From Gemmatimonadales bacterium (GTDB lineage Bacteria > Gemmatimonadota > Gemmatimonadetes > Gemmatimonadales > GWC2-71-9), in NCBI GenBank assembly GCA_038321865.1, contig JBBQFH010000002.1, forward strand, positions 114,582-178,581: DNA of 64,000 bases, in the 5' to 3' direction. A program made the position numbers and the translations under genes. Positions 61,859 through 64,000 of this stretch are shown piece after piece. Numbering within the stretch: position 1 is the first letter of the stretch; the number at the start of each line of letters is the position of its first letter. Under the pieces are notes generated by a model, which made no database searches, had not been told where the DNA came from, and saw only the letters and a list, made by a program, of their open reading frames with translations.

Positions 61859-62880
61859 TAGGGCACACGAGAGCGGTGCAGCCGCATTCCGTAGAGCCGG
61901 CGGCCGAGCAGGGCGCTCATCGACTCGCGCGCCAGCCCGTAGTACCCGTTTGGCCCAATCACGACATCGAAGAATGGGTTGACGAGCAGATTCCGAAGGG
62001 TGCCTCGCACGGCTGAGTCTCCCCAGACCGAGTCTTGCAGGAGCTCGGCCTCGTATGCCGCTATATCGAGGCACATATATGGCACGGGCATCACGGTTCC
62101 GGCTCGCACGCGCAGGCGCTCGTCGCTCATCGGCATCGGCTGGCTGATGACACGCCACTCCTTCTCATGAGCGAAGCTCTTGTCTTTCAATCGCGCAGCC
62201 AACGCGAGATACGTGTGCATGTACGCCCACATCAGCGTGCCTTGTACCGTCGACCCTTCTTCCCGCTCAGTGTCAGTGAGCTGTCGGAATCGCGCCAACG
62301 CCTCTGCGATCGCGTCGTTGACAAGCAAAACCTGGTCGCCCTCGTCGTAGATACACTGCACCAGCATGCAATCCGAAGCAGTCGCCAGGTTGTCGAGGTG
62401 TACCGTGTCGAAGCCGATAGCGTACCCGGCGGTGCCCGACCCATATCCGCGCCACTGATTAAGATCGTCCTTTTCCTCTGAACAACAGAATGCAAATACT
62501 CCTAATCCAATCTCGGTGCCAGGATCGCCGAGGTAGTAGGGGGTATTGGGAGGGGGAAGGCGCGGCGTCATCGCCTCGTGCAGCGACATCAGGAACCGAT
62601 GCTCGGCGGTGGAAAGACCGGGCTCGAATGCGGCGAGTCGTTGCCGGAAGAGCTCCGTAGCAAGCAGCAGCTCTCGAGCATCGTTCATGTAGCGAACATC
62701 CCCGAGACGGATGGTCGGGTGGGTACGGTCAAAGATTCCGAGAAGCCCGCTTTGACTCGTGTAGTGCCAGAGAGTCTTCCCGCCCCGCGTGTATTGCCAC
62801 CGAAGGTCCATCGCACCCGCCGCCATCGGGTTGATGCGCTCCAGCTCCTCCGGTGTTTGCGTGCCGATCTTTCTGGTCAT
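61846..62880 (-). CDS. DUF2971 domain protein
   Basis: HYTS..GL.GI, YMND..E, FCCSE..D.L.QW..Y, G..IGF, K...F..E.EWR, IGP. Confidence 0.85.
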   Translation of the reverse strand: MTRKIGTQTPEELERINPMAAGAMDLRWQYTRGGKTLWHYTSQSGLLGIFDRTHPTIRLGDVRYMNDARELLLATELFRQRLAAFEPGLSTAEHRFLMSLHEAMTPRLPPPNTPYYLGDPGTEIGLGVFAFCCSEEKDDLNQWRGYGSGTAGYAIGFDTVHLDNLATASDCMLVQCIYDEGDQVLLVNDAIAEALARFRQLTDTEREEGSTVQGTLMWAYMHTYLALAARLKDKSFAHEKEWRVISQPMPMSDERLRVRAGTVMPVPYMCLDIAAYEAELLQDSVWGDSAVRGTLRNLLVNPFFDVVIGPNGYYGLARESMSALLGRRLYGMRLHRSRVPYRPL

Positions 62881-62908
62881 GTTTGCAATTCGGTTGTGAG
62901 GGCGCTCC

Positions 62909-63190
62909 TCAGCTGAGTCTCTCCGAAGCGACAGCAGCTGCCGATCCCAACTTGCTGGCCCTGGCCGCCGCGTCGCCCTTCTCCGTCAGGAACGCCGAGG
63001 CCGCGACGTACGCGCTCGTCGTCCGCCGCTCCGGTAGTACCGTCCGCACTGACCGCACCAGGCCGTCGAACTCCAGCTGAAAGAGCTCGGCGACGAGCAG
63101 ATCGAAGGCCGGCCCCTCGCCGTCGATCGCCGTGTCGAAGGTGAGGCGGCCGCCGGCCATCTCTCGCAGGAGGTAGGCGCGGCGGTTCAC
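62909..63190 (-). CDS. Small winged-helix-like protein (contains repeat copy 2)
   Basis: GTG 63190 overlaps the upstream TGA; L.QLE.DGLV...LTEKG wing motif. Confidence 0.55.
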   Translation of the reverse strand: MNRRAYLLREMAGGRLTFDTAIDGEGPAFDLLVAELFQLEFDGLVRSVRTVLPERRTTSAYVAASAFLTEKGDAAARASKLGSAAAVASERLS

Positions 63191-63606
63191 AGTGGGTGAC
63201 GGCGTCTGGACGTCTTGCCTGCAATGGCACACGCGGACAGGAGATCGCTCTCACCCATCGTGTCAGGAAGGATGTCTCTCCAAGGCGACTCATCCTCCGT
63301 GTACGCATGATTCATCAGCGGCAGAGCCACCCCGATCACATCCGTGCGCATATAGAGCAGGCGGGTGCGCCGCGCCCGGCAATCGTAGGCTGTGCGTTCA
63401 AGCACGGTGATCGAATCGATGCGCGTCCGCGTCCAGACTAGGTAGACGCCAGGCGAGGCCGTCACGATCGATGCAGAGTCCGTCGCCGTGTATTGCCCCG
63501 TCGCGATCCAGCGGTCCTGAGCGGACATGTCCGAGGCCTGAACAGCCATGCTGGTGGCCAGGCAGCCAGCGGCGACGAGGAATCGACCCAAAGTCACCTC
63601 CGGCAT
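63187..63606 (-). CDS. Secreted surface-adhesin E-like protein
   Basis: Signal peptide; YDC..R...W..I.PDT.GE.....AC; GGAG SD. Confidence 0.6.
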   Translation of the reverse strand: MPEVTLGRFLVAAGCLATSMAVQASDMSAQDRWIATGQYTATDSASIVTASPGVYLVWTRTRIDSITVLERTAYDCRARRTRLLYMRTDVIGVALPLMNHAYTEDESPWRDILPDTMGESDLLSACAIAGKTSRRRHPL

Positions 63607-64000
63607 AGAAAGGCTCCCTCCGACGAAGAAACGGCCTGACCACCCGCCCGTGCATTTGGATTCCGACCATGCACCTGACGGCCGACCACAGCCCAAACCA
63701 TACCTAATTTCTTCCGCGACGCCGAGGCCGGGCGAGTCCCGGATCCAGCTCGCACCGGTCGCGTGGACGCGCCCGATGCCGAGATGCCCACGACGCTCGA
63801 GAAGGCGCGGGCAAACTACCCCAAGGGACTGCGCCGACAGCTGGCCGAGCTGCCGAAGCAACTTCACTCGCCGTGGAAACGACCCGCCGCCGCTCGGATT
63901 GGACGCCTATCGACGGCGAGGCTTTCGGCGGGGTGAGCGCGCACCCGCGATCGGCGCGGTGAGGGTTGGCGCCTCGTGGGCCGCTGGTGCTCGAACGATA

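Larger units (their letters stand above)
53825..64000. mobile_element. Integrated prophage/satellite-like element inserted in comM (extends beyond window)
   Basis: comM truncation; abrupt switch to phage-like and defence-like genes; visibly more AT-rich cargo; no integrase in the window. Confidence 0.8.

Noticed and set aside
61731..63114. Repeat pair as DGR template/variable repeats
   Set aside because: Only 6 of 14 mismatches are at A in the best orientation, many are synonymous, and there is no reverse transcriptase in the window.
57000..64000. Integron cassette array
   Set aside because: No RYYYAAC...GTTRRRY attC palindromes recognised, gene orientations are mixed, and no intI is seen.
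63660..64000. Possible short ORF at the window end (ATG 63784)
   Set aside because: About 50 codons with no recognisable motif; cannot be supported.

Overview
High-GC bacterial chromosome segment, most consistent with Gemmatimonadota (inferred from gene order and protein style, not from a database search). Positions 1 to ~53.8 kb are mostly core genome: trxA-rsmI-DUF4159-DUF4175-TPR operon, pdxJ, ispE, tRNA-Gln, prs-rplY-pth-ychF, rpsF-rpsR-rplI, DAK2/DegV, rsfS, an Omp85-family protein, smc, aroF, lolA, ctpA, tmk, prmC-prfA-rpmE, a Crp regulator, yajQ, a sigma70 factor, an amber-interrupted aldehyde dehydrogenase, an NtrC-type regulator, thpR and arfB. A 4.4 kb accessory block (Sel1-repeat Ser/Thr kinase and two lipoproteins) lies between tRNA-Gln and prs. 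At ~53.83 kb the comM/yifB gene is cut at its conserved NLAPAD motif by an integrated element that runs past the window end. The element carries phage/satellite-like genes (TerS-like, VRR-NUC, TnpV-like), a decayed toxin plus a DUF2283-HTH antitoxin, a candidate sRNA and several defence-like genes. At its right side two unrelated cargo genes end in the same CCCACTGTGA sequence, and each is followed by a copy of the same small wHTH-like ORF, which suggests a cassette-style gene-capture locus. Family names come from recognition of motifs by eye.
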